NCBI GenBank assembly: GCA_027923505.1
Contig: BROI01000001.1
Location: 1,488,001 to 1,552,000, forward strand
Reading direction: 5' to 3'
From: Mayamaea pseudoterrestris
Taxonomy: Eukaryota
Length of the DNA: 64,000 nt
The notes beneath the pieces are model-generated. The model was not told the DNA's origin and made no database searches. It saw nothing but the letters and a program-made list of their open reading frames with translations. Position 1 is the first letter of the stretch. Each line of letters opens with the position of its first letter. Both the position numbers and the translations under genes were made by a program. Below, in pieces: positions 33,098 to 44,135 of this stretch.

Positions 33098-34864
33098 CTA
33101 CAGACTCTCTCGCATTGACGCTCGCCGACTCGACGCAACTTGCCCCTTAACTTCAGGTCGATCAACTTTGGAAGGCGACCACTGATGCTTTTGCGCATCC
33201 GTCGCTGCAATTATTGCCTCTATGCGGCGATGCAAGTCGCGATTGTCCCTGTCGTGCAGTTTGATCAGTTCGGCAAACTCGTAGACACGTCGTTCAAAGC
33301 GCGTGCGGTTCAAATGATCAATTTGGGCCTTCATAGTGTCTTTTTCAACTTGCTCCTCCAGCTCGCGCACTTCCTTTTCGTATTGCTCGTCCATGGTTTT
33401 GAGCTTGTCGTGTTCCTCGGAGACGCGCTTATGGTGAGCATCCAGCCGCTTCTTGTAGTCGTCCAACTCGACAGTCTTTTCCTCCAGTCGCGCGTTGTTG
33501 ATGCGAAGGTTTTGACAATTGGTGCGCATGGTTTGATTGTGCTCGCGTATTTGGGCATTCTCGCGTCGAAGTAAATCAGCCGCTCGCTGGTTGCTTTCAA
33601 TGTCACTGGATCTGGGCATGGGTGTACCGTTCATTTGCTGGTACTCGGCGCTAGACACGGCCTTTAGCTTGCGCATGGTTTTGGAGCGGTTCTTTTCAAT
33701 GGCGGCGAGCTCCGAATGCATTCCTTCCTCGGTTGCTTTGAGTTGCCCCTCCAACTGTTGTATGCGCAGCAAGTCCTCCTTCATTGTGTTGACAATCTTT
33801 GGAATAAACGGCTTTTGCTTCACGTAGTCACTCAGCCGTCGAGTTGGACGATTGCTGCTGAGTGGAGCAACCCCGCGATGGTGTGGCGAAGAAGTTGCAA
33901 CCAGACTGCGCAGGGACGAGCGTCCGCGATGACTTGGCGACGACTGCGACGGGCTCAGCGGATCGAAGCAATCCATGGTTTCTTCCGTCACATTTTGTCG
34001 ACGAGAGTCCGACATGACCGAAGAAGGCGATGCCATCGCAGTCAATTTGCTTTTGCTGCTGCTCTTGCCGACGGGACTCGTAAAGGGTGACGATGCAAGT
34101 TTATTGCTGCTTCCGTTGCGCTTCATCTTCTTGTCCTTCGTTTCAGACTTTTTAATCTTCTTTGACTTCTTTTCCGACGAACGTTTTCTTGGTGTCCGCA
34201 AACTGACATCATCGCCACTGTCGTTCGAGTCAAGCTCCACCAGAGTCAACGTTTCCTCGACATTGACATGGCGATACCGTGGTGTCCGCACGCAGGACTG
34301 TGGCGAGTCGTACTGAAACTGCGAGAGGCTGGCGACGCTTGTAACCAAGTGATCTTGCACCGAAACGTCATTGTCGTCATCATCTTCATCGTCCATATCG
34401 AGCGAAAGACAGCTCCTGCTTATTGAAGATGCATCCGGTCTGGTAGTTGGTGACAGTAGAGCGAGTCGCTGCAATTCATCGTCAAGCGAAAGACTGCTGC
34501 TGTTGCTGCCGTCCAGGTCGATCTTTTTTGTTTTCCGTCGCGACACTTTCGATGAACTCGAAGGTCGCCGGGACGATGGTCTACTTGCGGTACTTGTGAC
34601 TGACGAGGGCGATTGCTCCTGCTGTCCCGATGCACTCAATCGCCGCTTGGTATCCGGACTTGATGGATGATGCGCCAGCAACATTGTCAAGTCATTGTTG
34701 CTGCTACTTTTACCAGCTTGAAAGTTCTTGCCGAGGCGACCAAGAAAGCCTCCTCCAGGAGAGTTGGGGCTGTCGGGTGCTGACTCGAATTGTTCTTGGT
34801 AAAGTTTGTTGGCAATGAGGGACGGTGATGATTGATGGGAGCGACTGCGAGCAATGGATGTCAT
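33098..34864 (-). CDS. Ser-rich, C-terminal coiled-coil hypothetical protein (588 aa)
   Basis: Long ATG ORF with a disordered N-terminus and heptad-rich C-terminus. Confidence 0.75.
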   Translation of the reverse strand: MTSIARSRSHQSSPSLIANKLYQEQFESAPDSPNSPGGGFLGRLGKNFQAGKSSSNNDLTMLLAHHPSSPDTKRRLSASGQQEQSPSSVTSTASRPSSRRPSSSSKVSRRKTKKIDLDGSNSSSLSLDDELQRLALLSPTTRPDASSISRSCLSLDMDDEDDDDNDVSVQDHLVTSVASLSQFQYDSPQSCVRTPRYRHVNVEETLTLVELDSNDSGDDVSLRTPRKRSSEKKSKKIKKSETKDKKMKRNGSSNKLASSPFTSPVGKSSSKSKLTAMASPSSVMSDSRRQNVTEETMDCFDPLSPSQSSPSHRGRSSLRSLVATSSPHHRGVAPLSSNRPTRRLSDYVKQKPFIPKIVNTMKEDLLRIQQLEGQLKATEEGMHSELAAIEKNRSKTMRKLKAVSSAEYQQMNGTPMPRSSDIESNQRAADLLRRENAQIREHNQTMRTNCQNLRINNARLEEKTVELDDYKKRLDAHHKRVSEEHDKLKTMDEQYEKEVRELEEQVEKDTMKAQIDHLNRTRFERRVYEFAELIKLHDRDNRDLHRRIEAIIAATDAQKHQWSPSKVDRPEVKGQVASSRRASMRESL

Positions 34865-35190
34865 CTTTGATAGGAGGCTGAAGAGGGGATCGTCTATAGA
34901 GGCAGCTTCTCTCGTCAGTGATTCTATCTACTATCGTATACCGTGAAGGAGAGCTTAAGAAATGAATGAAGGGGATGGCTTGTCGTCGTGGCAAGACTGA
35001 CGAGTTTGCGATGCAAGCTTGCGAAGAATCGGATGGACATTTGAATGACGTCACGGTCATTCAAGTCGTTCATGCACGACCGGATTTAAAAACGGTGCGA
35101 CATGAGAATCCTCGATGGATCCATGCGTTTTTGTTCCTGATCGAAGAACAGAATATTCATCCTCAAAGAAGTGCTTTCTATACATCTACC

Positions 35191-37095
35191 ATGAGCTCCC
35201 AAGGAGGCCAACGCAACATGAACATTACACCTGGCGACTTTGTCGAGCTGACTTGCGAAGGCTATAAGGGCAAGCGCGGCTACGTGCTGGAACGTCCAGG
35301 CCCAGGCCAGAGAGTAATAAACCACGTAAGCGACGCTTCTTCTCATAGCTTATCTGTCGTGATTGACAATGATTATCCGTACTATGTCCCCTCCGAAGCA
35401 AGGGCGAATGAATATTTGAGCGTTGATCGAGAGGACTTGATTCTTTTACAAAAGGAACTGGTGAGATTTCAGGTGCGAGTGTGCGACTACAAGTCGAGCA
35501 AATTTCCATGTCTCGGCGTTGCAGCAGCGCCATCGTATTCTCGGCAAGAGATAGCATTCGACACCGAGTCAGTGTTTCGAAAGATGTATCGTCCTTCCAT
35601 TGAAGAATTACCGGGACCGCATACTGTAGAATCCGTTTTTAAAGATGTTGAGACGGAGAGCTTGTTCCGTGACATGTTCAAAGGGAACAACCTGGTTCTG
35701 ACTTGGATGCACTATTTTGAAAAGGATACAAATGATGACATAGGAGACCATTTAGAGAATTGCAGGCCGACGCTCATAACTCATGTTTACGAAGCGAAGC
35801 CGGATGGAACGCTTGTGGAATTAGGATTTGTCGGGGGTTTTCCAAAAGCGTCTCGAAACCACAGCGAGAAGGCGTATCAGACTAGATATAATTGGCTCGA
35901 CAGACGGCTAAGCGAAAACCAACTCACACTGGGACAAGCACGTGCCCTGCTCGAACGAATTTTTCATCTTCTATTTCGTTTGGTTGCTTTTGATCTCGGC
36001 AACTACAATGCGGCCGCCATAGCCCGCGGTATGGTAATGTCATACAAGGATGAAAATAGGTGGAAAGAAGCTGTGGACTTAGAAATGATCACAGGTGACT
36101 TGATGTCAGTATCACCGCGAAAAGATGCTTTGTTTTTCGAGCTTTACAAGATCAGTACCTGCCTTGATGCATGCGCCAGGTACCGTGAGGCCGGAGCCCT
36201 TTATGGTCAAGCTATTGAATGCTATCGCAATGTCCCAGACAATTATGCTACTTTCCCACCCATGGAAATCGATTCTCGTCTTCAAGAGCGTCTCTGGCTC
36301 GAAGTCATTATGCACTACCAGAAAGGGCGTGCGTACTCGAGTTGTTGCAGTGGGGAGCTTGCTGAGACTTCATTGCTTGCTAGTCTGAGAAAGCTGTTTA
36401 AAAACTTGCATGGATATCAAGCCTTTGACGAGCCCCTTTTTCAAAAACATATGCAGAGCTAATTAGTTTGCTGTATGCTTGCGTGGATTCGCTCGGTGGT
36501 GACGGAGTTGCGTCCCCGATAAACGAAGTCGCAAACCTATTGCGCGCGGCGGTGTTATCGGCTCGCTTGAAGCCAGACCAACCGGAACCACCAATATTTA
36601 TCGCAGATCGATACCGACGAGATCCACGCGCTGCCAAGAAAGCTCTCCAAAAGCTTTTCAGCAAAATCAGTCTCTTCTTTTCGATCACATGTGAGCTCTT
36701 GGAAAAAGATTGGTGCGGTGGCGAACGTTCCTCTGGACCCGGAGCTCATGTTGCAAATGTACAGGCAGGACAACGGGCCAATGAGGACGCACGCAATGCT
36801 TACCTTCGAGCAGCGCTTGTTGTACCTCCTATATACAGTTGTTGTTTCCCAGATTGCTGTAAGGCAGATGAAAACAGTAAGATGTTTAATTGCTCGCGGT
36901 GTAAATCGATTGACTACTGGTACGTCGCGGTGCAAAATGCCGCTACCGTAATATCAATTTGTCTTGACTCATCCAATTTGTTTATTTTGCAGCTCCAAGG
37001 AATGCCAGGTTGCACATTGGAAGGCGCACAAGAAGGATTGCAAGCGAATCGCTGCCCAACTTGAAGCACGACGCGCTCAGCGCAACGATGAATGA
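35191..37095 (+). CDS. MYND zinc-finger protein; at least one frameshift near 36450; intron 36920-36992
   Basis: Spliced CCFPDC...FNCSRCKSIDYC|SKECQVAHWKAHKKDCK is a canonical MYND finger; the upstream ORF breaks next to T and A runs. Confidence 0.72.
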
Positions 37096-37254
37096 GCAGC
37101 GCTCTGTAGTAAAAATTCCTATCATTTAATCGTTTTAAATCTATTGGTATATTTCTTTTAACACGCATTTACATTCATCCCTATAGTCGAGTCGTATCAT
37201 CCAGACGAACGTCTTTTGATCTCAACAGCCTTTCAACCAACCCATTACTCGCTT

Positions 37255-37789
37255 TTAATCATCCTCGCTAGCAGATGCATCCTTCTCCTTGTTGTCACTA
37301 TCCTCCGCCTCGACTCTTTCAGTTTCATTCTTATCATCACTCTGTTCCATCTTCGCTTCATACTCTTGCGACGCCTTGACTCGCTCCTCCAGCAGTTCCG
37401 TCGCATTGGCGTTTGGATTCACGTTTTTTGCCAAACGGATTGATGGGTCGCTGGTCGTGCGCAAAAGGTGGTCGATCCGTATTGTTGCCGCGCCGGGCCT
37501 GCGGGTTCCACACCTTGAGCTCCTTGGTGGGCGACGACATTTTTTTGGTGGGCATGGAGGCGCGCTTGACGGAGTATTCGGTGCTATGGAATATTTCACT
37601 GGCGCTGCTGTTTGGATTCACATTTTTACCGAGCGGGTTGATGGGTTCCTGATCCGTACTGGCAAGGTTGTTGAGGGCGTGACCCTTGCCGTGCTGGTGC
37701 TGCTGGACCTTTCGATCTTGGGGGATTCTTGTGAAACATGGCGCGGAGTGGCGGAGTCTGCTGCCGGACGTTTCTGGTTCGTCTGACAT
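37255..37789 (-). CDS. hypothetical protein with a duplicated DQ.PINP.GKNVNPN motif; +1 frameshift at 37424-37429
   Basis: Removing one base from the 6-nt homopolymer restores the second repeat copy and joins the two ORFs. Confidence 0.65.
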
Positions 37790-38062
37790 GATGTATTTTT
37801 CTTGGCTTTATCGTTGTATTTGTGTGGTAGGTGCTGCTGCCGTCGAGATTCGATGCAAGTGACGAGGCACGAGGCTCGCCGTGGCGGAGGGCGCGGCGTC
37901 GGCGTGACCTCAAGCAGTCATCAACTCGCGCGTCGTGACCGACAAAACTGTGACTCATAGTTTGGATCTCTACTTACGCACAGCTGTTTCGGGATCTTGT
38001 TTCATGTCTTAGCGCGACTAAAAAATTCTGGATCTCCATCCAACCGCACACCAAGTTCCACC

Positions 38063-38893
38063 ATGATGAAAGGCTCGCTGTCACACAGTCGCTCTCGCTC
38101 CGATTCCTCCATTTTCATTCTACCATTACTATTGACGCTCTATTTCTTGACTCGTCCGTCACTGTCACTATCTAATTCGCCCGCAATTACAACAATGTCA
38201 GCTGCCGCTGCCACCAAGCAAATACCCGGCGCCCTCATTTTTCTGCACGGCCTGGGCGACTCCCCATCCGGCTGGTCGCATTTGCAGCGGTCCTTGGCGC
38301 AGCTGCGTCCAAGACTGGCAGAATTGACGTACATATTTCCAGCGGCTCCCATGGTGGCCATTAGCATCAACGGCGGCGCCCGCATGCCGGGGTGGTTCGA
38401 TCTACTGGAGTGGCCCGTGAGTGTCGGCGATCCAGAGGATGAAGCAGGACTAAAGGCGGCCGTCACGCAGCTGCATGATGAAATAAGCAAGCTGGAAGAG
38501 TCTGGTGTTCCGAAGAGTCGCATTGTTGTCGGCGGTTTCAGTCAAGGCGCGGCCGTTGCACTACTGGCAGCCTATCACGCTAAAGTGCAGCCAGCCAACA
38601 GCGCGCCACTTGCTGGAGTCGTTGCACTCTCCGGATGGCTGACCATGACTAGTGACTTGCAAGTATCTCATAACATTGCCAAGAATACGCCATGCTGGTG
38701 GGCGCATGGAGCATATGACGACAAGGTGTTGTACGCGCAGCAAGCCTTTGGTGCAGGCAAGCTAAAGGAACACAAGGTTAATGTCTCCACGACGAGCTAT
38801 CCCATGGGCCATGAGAGCTGCGCGGAGGAAATGAACGACTTGGCCAAGTTTCTGGATGAAACACTGTTTGGAGCGGAACAATCGGAGCTATAG
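38063..38893 (+). CDS. acyl-protein thioesterase / phospholipase-carboxylesterase (LYPLA-like); alternative start 38195
   Basis: IFLHGLGDS, INGGARMPGWFD, GGFSQG nucleophile, HGAYDDKV (Asp), MGHES (His). Confidence 0.9.
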   Translation: MMKGSLSHSRSRSDSSIFILPLLLTLYFLTRPSLSLSNSPAITTMSAAAATKQIPGALIFLHGLGDSPSGWSHLQRSLAQLRPRLAELTYIFPAAPMVAISINGGARMPGWFDLLEWPVSVGDPEDEAGLKAAVTQLHDEISKLEESGVPKSRIVVGGFSQGAAVALLAAYHAKVQPANSAPLAGVVALSGWLTMTSDLQVSHNIAKNTPCWWAHGAYDDKVLYAQQAFGAGKLKEHKVNVSTTSYPMGHESCAEEMNDLAKFLDETLFGAEQSEL

Positions 38894-39054
38894 TCGAGAA
38901 GGAATGAACGAAACGTATGCATGTATGCGACGCACGGGATATGTCGTGCTCCGCTTGTGGATTATTCGTACAGTCAGCTACTAGTACGTAGTGTCAACAA
39001 TGCTATAATTACATGTAAACTACTTTACAAATATGCTAATGCAATTGACCCGCT

Positions 39055-40236
39055 CTAGTACACGACGCTACCATGCTCGCCGCCGCGACTCGCCCAGCGG
39101 GCCGATCGCGTCAATCCGCGCTTGGACAGTGACTTTTTTCGCTCCGTCGCCACCTCCAACGTCTTGCCAGTATTCTTGGTGATACTGCCACTCAATGATC
39201 CACTGCTGCTACGCAGGAAGCGGCCAAGGAACAGGGATGGACTGGCGGCTCGGCAATGGTCCAGCATGGTGGTGGAAGCAGATCGCTGCACGGCATTCTT
39301 GATGGGAGATATTACAATACTTTCGTCGTCGTCACTCGACAAACCTTCGTCATCCTCCTCCATAATAGTAAAGACGGCCGATGAACTAGTAGTGTCATTG
39401 TTGTAATCGAGACTTTTGCTGATGCGATCCGTCTTGTCGCCTTGGCGCGACTGCGCGTAAATGTTGACCAGTACGTCGCCCATTTGCAAGCTAGCTGACT
39501 TGCTGGTAGTGGTGCCTGCATGGTCGTTTGCTTTTGCAACGAGCGGTGGCGGCGCCACGTTCCGCTGGATGGTGCGGTTACAATGTTGTTGCGTTTCAAA
39601 GACGCGCTTCTTGCGAGAAAAGGCTTGACTGTGGCGCGGCGGCGAAACGTACGCCGGCGGCGTGATATTCAGTTGCTTAATTGGACTTGGAGCGCGACCG
39701 TGACTCGTGGAAATCAAGAGTGGCGGCCGCACGGGACATTTAGTGTTGGCGGTATGCGACAGCTGCTCCTTCCAATTTGCCTCCTGCTCCGGGAGAGCGT
39801 CAAAGTACATGTAGTCGCCAACGTCATTGTGCGACACTATGGTCGATGCGACGCTGCAATTTTCGTCGTCGTCCTCCATAACATCGTCCGTTGATTGCTG
39901 CTGCTGTACCTTCGTCGTCGTCGCTGCATACTGATACTCCAAGTGAACGGGAAGACTCTGCACCGACGCTGCATCGTCCTCGTCGTTACCATTTCCGGTA
40001 ATGCGATTGTACTCGGCTTCAATGTCACTGACACTTGTCAAGGATGATTGTCGTTGCCGAAAGCTGCGTCGTCGCGGCGACATTGAAACACTCCGAGCCG
40101 CAACATTGGTGAGAAAGGAGCGAGACCGTCCGTCGTTGCGTGACGCGTTGCAACGAATGGTGGCTTCGTAGTGGGCGGCGCGACTTGCAACGACTGAGGA
40201 AAATAGCGGCATGGGAGTGCCGGGACGAAAACTCAT
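39055..40236 (-). CDS. low-complexity hypothetical protein
   Basis: Long ORF, likely ATG 40236 (MSFRPG...); no recognisable domain. Confidence 0.65.
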   Translation of the reverse strand: MSFRPGTPMPLFSSVVASRAAHYEATIRCNASRNDGRSRSFLTNVAARSVSMSPRRRSFRQRQSSLTSVSDIEAEYNRITGNGNDEDDAASVQSLPVHLEYQYAATTTKVQQQQSTDDVMEDDDENCSVASTIVSHNDVGDYMYFDALPEQEANWKEQLSHTANTKCPVRPPLLISTSHGRAPSPIKQLNITPPAYVSPPRHSQAFSRKKRVFETQQHCNRTIQRNVAPPPLVAKANDHAGTTTSKSASLQMGDVLVNIYAQSRQGDKTDRISKSLDYNNDTTSSSAVFTIMEEDDEGLSSDDDESIVISPIKNAVQRSASTTMLDHCRAASPSLFLGRFLRSSSGSLSGSITKNTGKTLEVATERKKSLSKRGLTRSARWASRGGEHGSVVY

Positions 40237-40744
40237 GGTGCTGCAAATATTGTTGTTGTGTGATTGTGAGAGAGAAGTCGTCGTCGTTATGTTTGTGAGC
40301 ATCAAAAGTGACTGGGCAGGACTCGCAGTCTCTTGGATGCGGACAAAACGATGAGCACGATTCTTCGGCTTCGTTTTGCGTTCGCGAAATTCGCTCATTC
40401 GTTGCGAACACAGAAGCATCGCAACGATACTAACTGATGATAGTCACAAATCGATCGTGCGGACAGGGAATTCAAACGTGTTTACGTCGTTCCGGTTCTT
40501 AGTGGCGCGGCACGCTTTCGCTTTCCGTGGCTCACTTTTTCTTTCCAATCCAACGGCTCACTCATGCCATGTTCGATTCCTTCGACAGCCACAAAGCAAG
40601 GTTATCGTCGGAACATTCTAAAATCGAGAGCAAGCAAGAGCTGGAAAGCTTTCTTTTGTGCAGTCCTCCGCCTCGTTCCTTCCAACGAACGATATCAAAC
40701 AGCCGTTCGCTTCACTGAAATTTGACACTCTCCGAAGTTCCATC

Positions 40745-41374
40745 ATGACCACGATGACCACCAACTATGTGCTGGAAACGTCGCCGTTACACCAACCGAC
40801 AAGTTTCAAATGTTGTCGCGCGCGGCCCCCATTAAGTAGCAACGTTCTTTCGTTGCAGCATGATGAAAACAATGGCGACGACGGTGAATCATCTACACTG
40901 AGTCTCACGTATTCCATGTCGACGACGGCCAGTAGTGTCGCCGACGACGATGAGTTTTCCTTTGCCGACATGATGCAAGTCTTGGATGCTCATGACGACG
41001 GCAAACATTTGCTTCGGAAGCGACGCTCGACCAGCGATGAAACGTCCGCGAGTGGTGCAGAATCATTGGCATGCAGTACGACGGGCCATGACGTTGTGGT
41101 CGCACAAGCCACTACTGACAATGAATCAATCGCATTGCATGGCGCAGACAACTTGCATGAACAAAAGGAAGCAAAGCAACATTGTCCATCATTGTCGTCG
41201 GTAGACGCATCAAACGATGACGACAAGTCATCGTTGCCGCTGACCATGATGCACAGCAATAAGGTTCGCGATGATGAGCTTGATCAGTTGGAGGAATTGT
41301 GTCAAACATCACCATGGATGGTTTGTCTGGTGGATGCGATCAAGAATCTAACCAGTCTTGAACGTTACTATTAG
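40745..41374 (+). CDS. acidic hypothetical protein
   Basis: ATG ORF of about 209 aa, divergent from the previous gene. Confidence 0.55.
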   Translation: MTTMTTNYVLETSPLHQPTSFKCCRARPPLSSNVLSLQHDENNGDDGESSTLSLTYSMSTTASSVADDDEFSFADMMQVLDAHDDGKHLLRKRRSTSDETSASGAESLACSTTGHDVVVAQATTDNESIALHGADNLHEQKEAKQHCPSLSSVDASNDDDKSSLPLTMMHSNKVRDDELDQLEELCQTSPWMVCLVDAIKNLTSLERYY

Positions 41375-41640
41375 CTCTGCGGTCATGTGTAATTCGTCTG
41401 TTTGTTCTGCGTTTGTTCCAGTTAGCACCGGTGGAAGATCGCATGGCGGTCTTTGTAAACCGTTGTAAACGTCAAGTGAGAAAAAGTCAAAGTGGTAAAA
41501 GAGCTGGCTACTACCGGTAGTTTAAGCATTGGCGTAGCAATAGCAAGTACAGAATTAAGCATCTTTGAACTCGACTACCAGAAGTTTTACCCTCAATTTA
41601 CAAGACGTGTGTATGTAGATGAAGCATAGCATACAGCTAC

Positions 41641-44135
41641 TTAGATACGCATTACATTGCGAATGCCGAGCAGGTCAAAGCATTGTCCCATGGCCAAGGT
41701 CGAAACATGGCACAGCAACAGGCGACTCTTCATTTCCGGGCTACCCAGCACCTTGCATTGCGTCACAAAGTCGCCGACCGCAGTGGAAAGCTTGTAGACA
41801 TATTCGCAAATGTTGCACGGAAACAGCTCTTCCAATGTCTTTTCATACATGTCGGCAAAGGCCATCAAATTGAGCGCAAGGTTGCGCTCCGATGGGTGCT
41901 CAATAACAATCTCTTCTCCCGACTTGAGCAAGTCTTGAATGTCAACGTTAAACTCCGCCTTGGCCTTGGCTGCAATACTCTCTAGCCTGACACGGGCATA
42001 CAGTAGGTAGACTGCCGTATCACCCTTGGTGTCAAGCATCTGATCGTACGAAAACTTGTAATTGGAAGTAGGATTTCGGCGCAAATCGTAGTACTTGACA
42101 GCACCGTACCCCACAGCTTCCGCAACGCTCTTGACTTCATCGACCGTGATACCGGCCTTTCCTTCCGCGATCCGCTCTCGAAGCGATTGGTCCATGCGTA
42201 CGACAGCCTCGTCCAGCAAGTCGACGAGTCTGACGGTTTCGCCGGAGCGTGTCTTAAAACGTTTGCCGTCCTCGCCTGTGAAATAAAAGCACAGTGTTAA
42301 GTGATATTCCAAAAAATTGCATTATGATCATTGACAATGCGATACTCTTATACATACCTTGCACCGTTCCAAAACCAATGTGCTCAAGTCGCTGATTGCC
42401 ATCCTTGACCCAGCCAATCGCGCGACCAGCTCCATATACCATCTTGAAGTGATCAGCTTGCGTAAAGTCCGTAATGACAATGATGCGATCTGCTTTTAGC
42501 TCAAACAGCCTGTATTTAAGCGCGGCAGCATCCGTCGAGTCGTATCCGTAGCCACCGTCCGACTTTTGCAGCATGAGCGGCACCTTGAAATTATTTACGC
42601 GCACCACCTTGGCACCACCTTCCTCCGCCTCCAACATGCCAGCTTGCTCAAACTCTTGAATGACGGCTGGAATCTTGTCATTGTAAAAGGACTCGCCACA
42701 CTCGTTTAATCGCACGTCGAGTCGCTCATACACCTTTTGGAACTCGGCGCGCGACGTTACACATTTTCAATGTTGGTGCGCTCCTCGTCGCCCGCCTGCA
42801 GCGTTGCCGTTGAGCTGCGCCCGCGCCTCGAACTCCCGGGCTCTCGTCGAAGCGCTGCTTGGCCTTTTTGTAAAACTCGGTCAAGTCGGTAATCGAGGCG
42901 CCCTCCGCTCCACTATGCGACTCGCCACTACCATTATTATCATTAGTTGATTCTTGCAGTTCCTTGAGATACTGAATGAGCATGCCAAACTGCGTGCCCC
43001 AGTCGCCCACGTGGTTGACGCGATGCACCGTATGTCCCACTGCCTCCAATATGCGGCACACGGACTCTCCAATAATGGTGCTCCGCAAGTGACCCACGTG
43101 CATTTCCTTGGCAATGTTGGGTGACGAAAAGTCCACGACGCACGTTTGCGGAACAATGTTGGGAGGAAATGGCATGACTTGCTGCTGTGCGTTGCTACTA
43201 GGTGCATTTCGAACCACGTTCAATCGCTGGTTCAAGTGCGTTTGCAGAAAGCGCGGCTGAATCTTCATCATGATGAAACCAGGGCCCTGCACCGTCAAGT
43301 CTGTGACAACGGAGTGTGTTTCGCCATTGCCTGCGGCAGCAACCACTGCATCAATCATGGCTTGCGCCACTTGCTGCGGACTGCTGTATGTTGTAATGCC
43401 GCGTTGTTTAAGTGTCGCAAACACCGACATGGCGGCGTTGCACTGGTAGTCGCCGTGCTTGGGGTTTTGGCACTTTGTCACCAAATTGGTTGCCAAGTCG
43501 GTGATGGCATGGTTGGAAATGTGGCGGACGGCGGCTCCAAAGACTTGTCGCAATACGTGGGACAAGCGGGGTTCATCCATGTCAATGTCAACAGACGCAA
43601 CAGAGTTTGACGATAAGGCAACACTGTCATCAAACTCTGCAACAGCTTGCTTGGCTGCTGCAAACGCCGCAGCGTGATGCTTGACGTAGTCGGAAACAAT
43701 CTCCGGCAAGTCGGTTGTTTGCAAGTCATTCAACAAGGTCGTGACAATGCAAACGTCTGCGACAGAAACGTTACTACCCACCAAGCAGTGCATGGACGAA
43801 TGATGATGGTGCTTGCGGCGATGCTCCAGTGCTTCGATTAGCACTTGCAGTGAAAGTTTGCTGGAATGCCTTAGCTCCGTTCGCTCCCAGTCGAGCCAGT
43901 CCTCCATTTTGGCCTGATCCAAGTCGCTACATTTATTACTCGTCACGTTGAGTCGACTCAGTGCCAGAACCATGCCGTTGCCGCCGCCGCCGACAACGTC
44001 GAGTAGCTCGTCTTGCTGCAGCAGCACGAGGGCTGGATGCTGCTGCTGCAGAAAAAAGTGTGACGCACCATCGTTGGGAGCTGCCACGGCCTGCAACTCG
44101 ACGTTGTGCAGCTGCGCCGTCCGTAGCTTGATCAT
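41641..44135 (-). CDS. RARS: cytosolic arginyl-tRNA synthetase; intron 42357-42276; cluster of indels at about 42730-42840
   Basis: [74 protein letters not shown]. Confidence 0.93.

Noticed and set aside
38882..38893. C-terminal SEL of the thioesterase as an ER-retention signal
   Set aside because: Not a canonical (K/H/D)DEL, and the signal-peptide start is uncertain.
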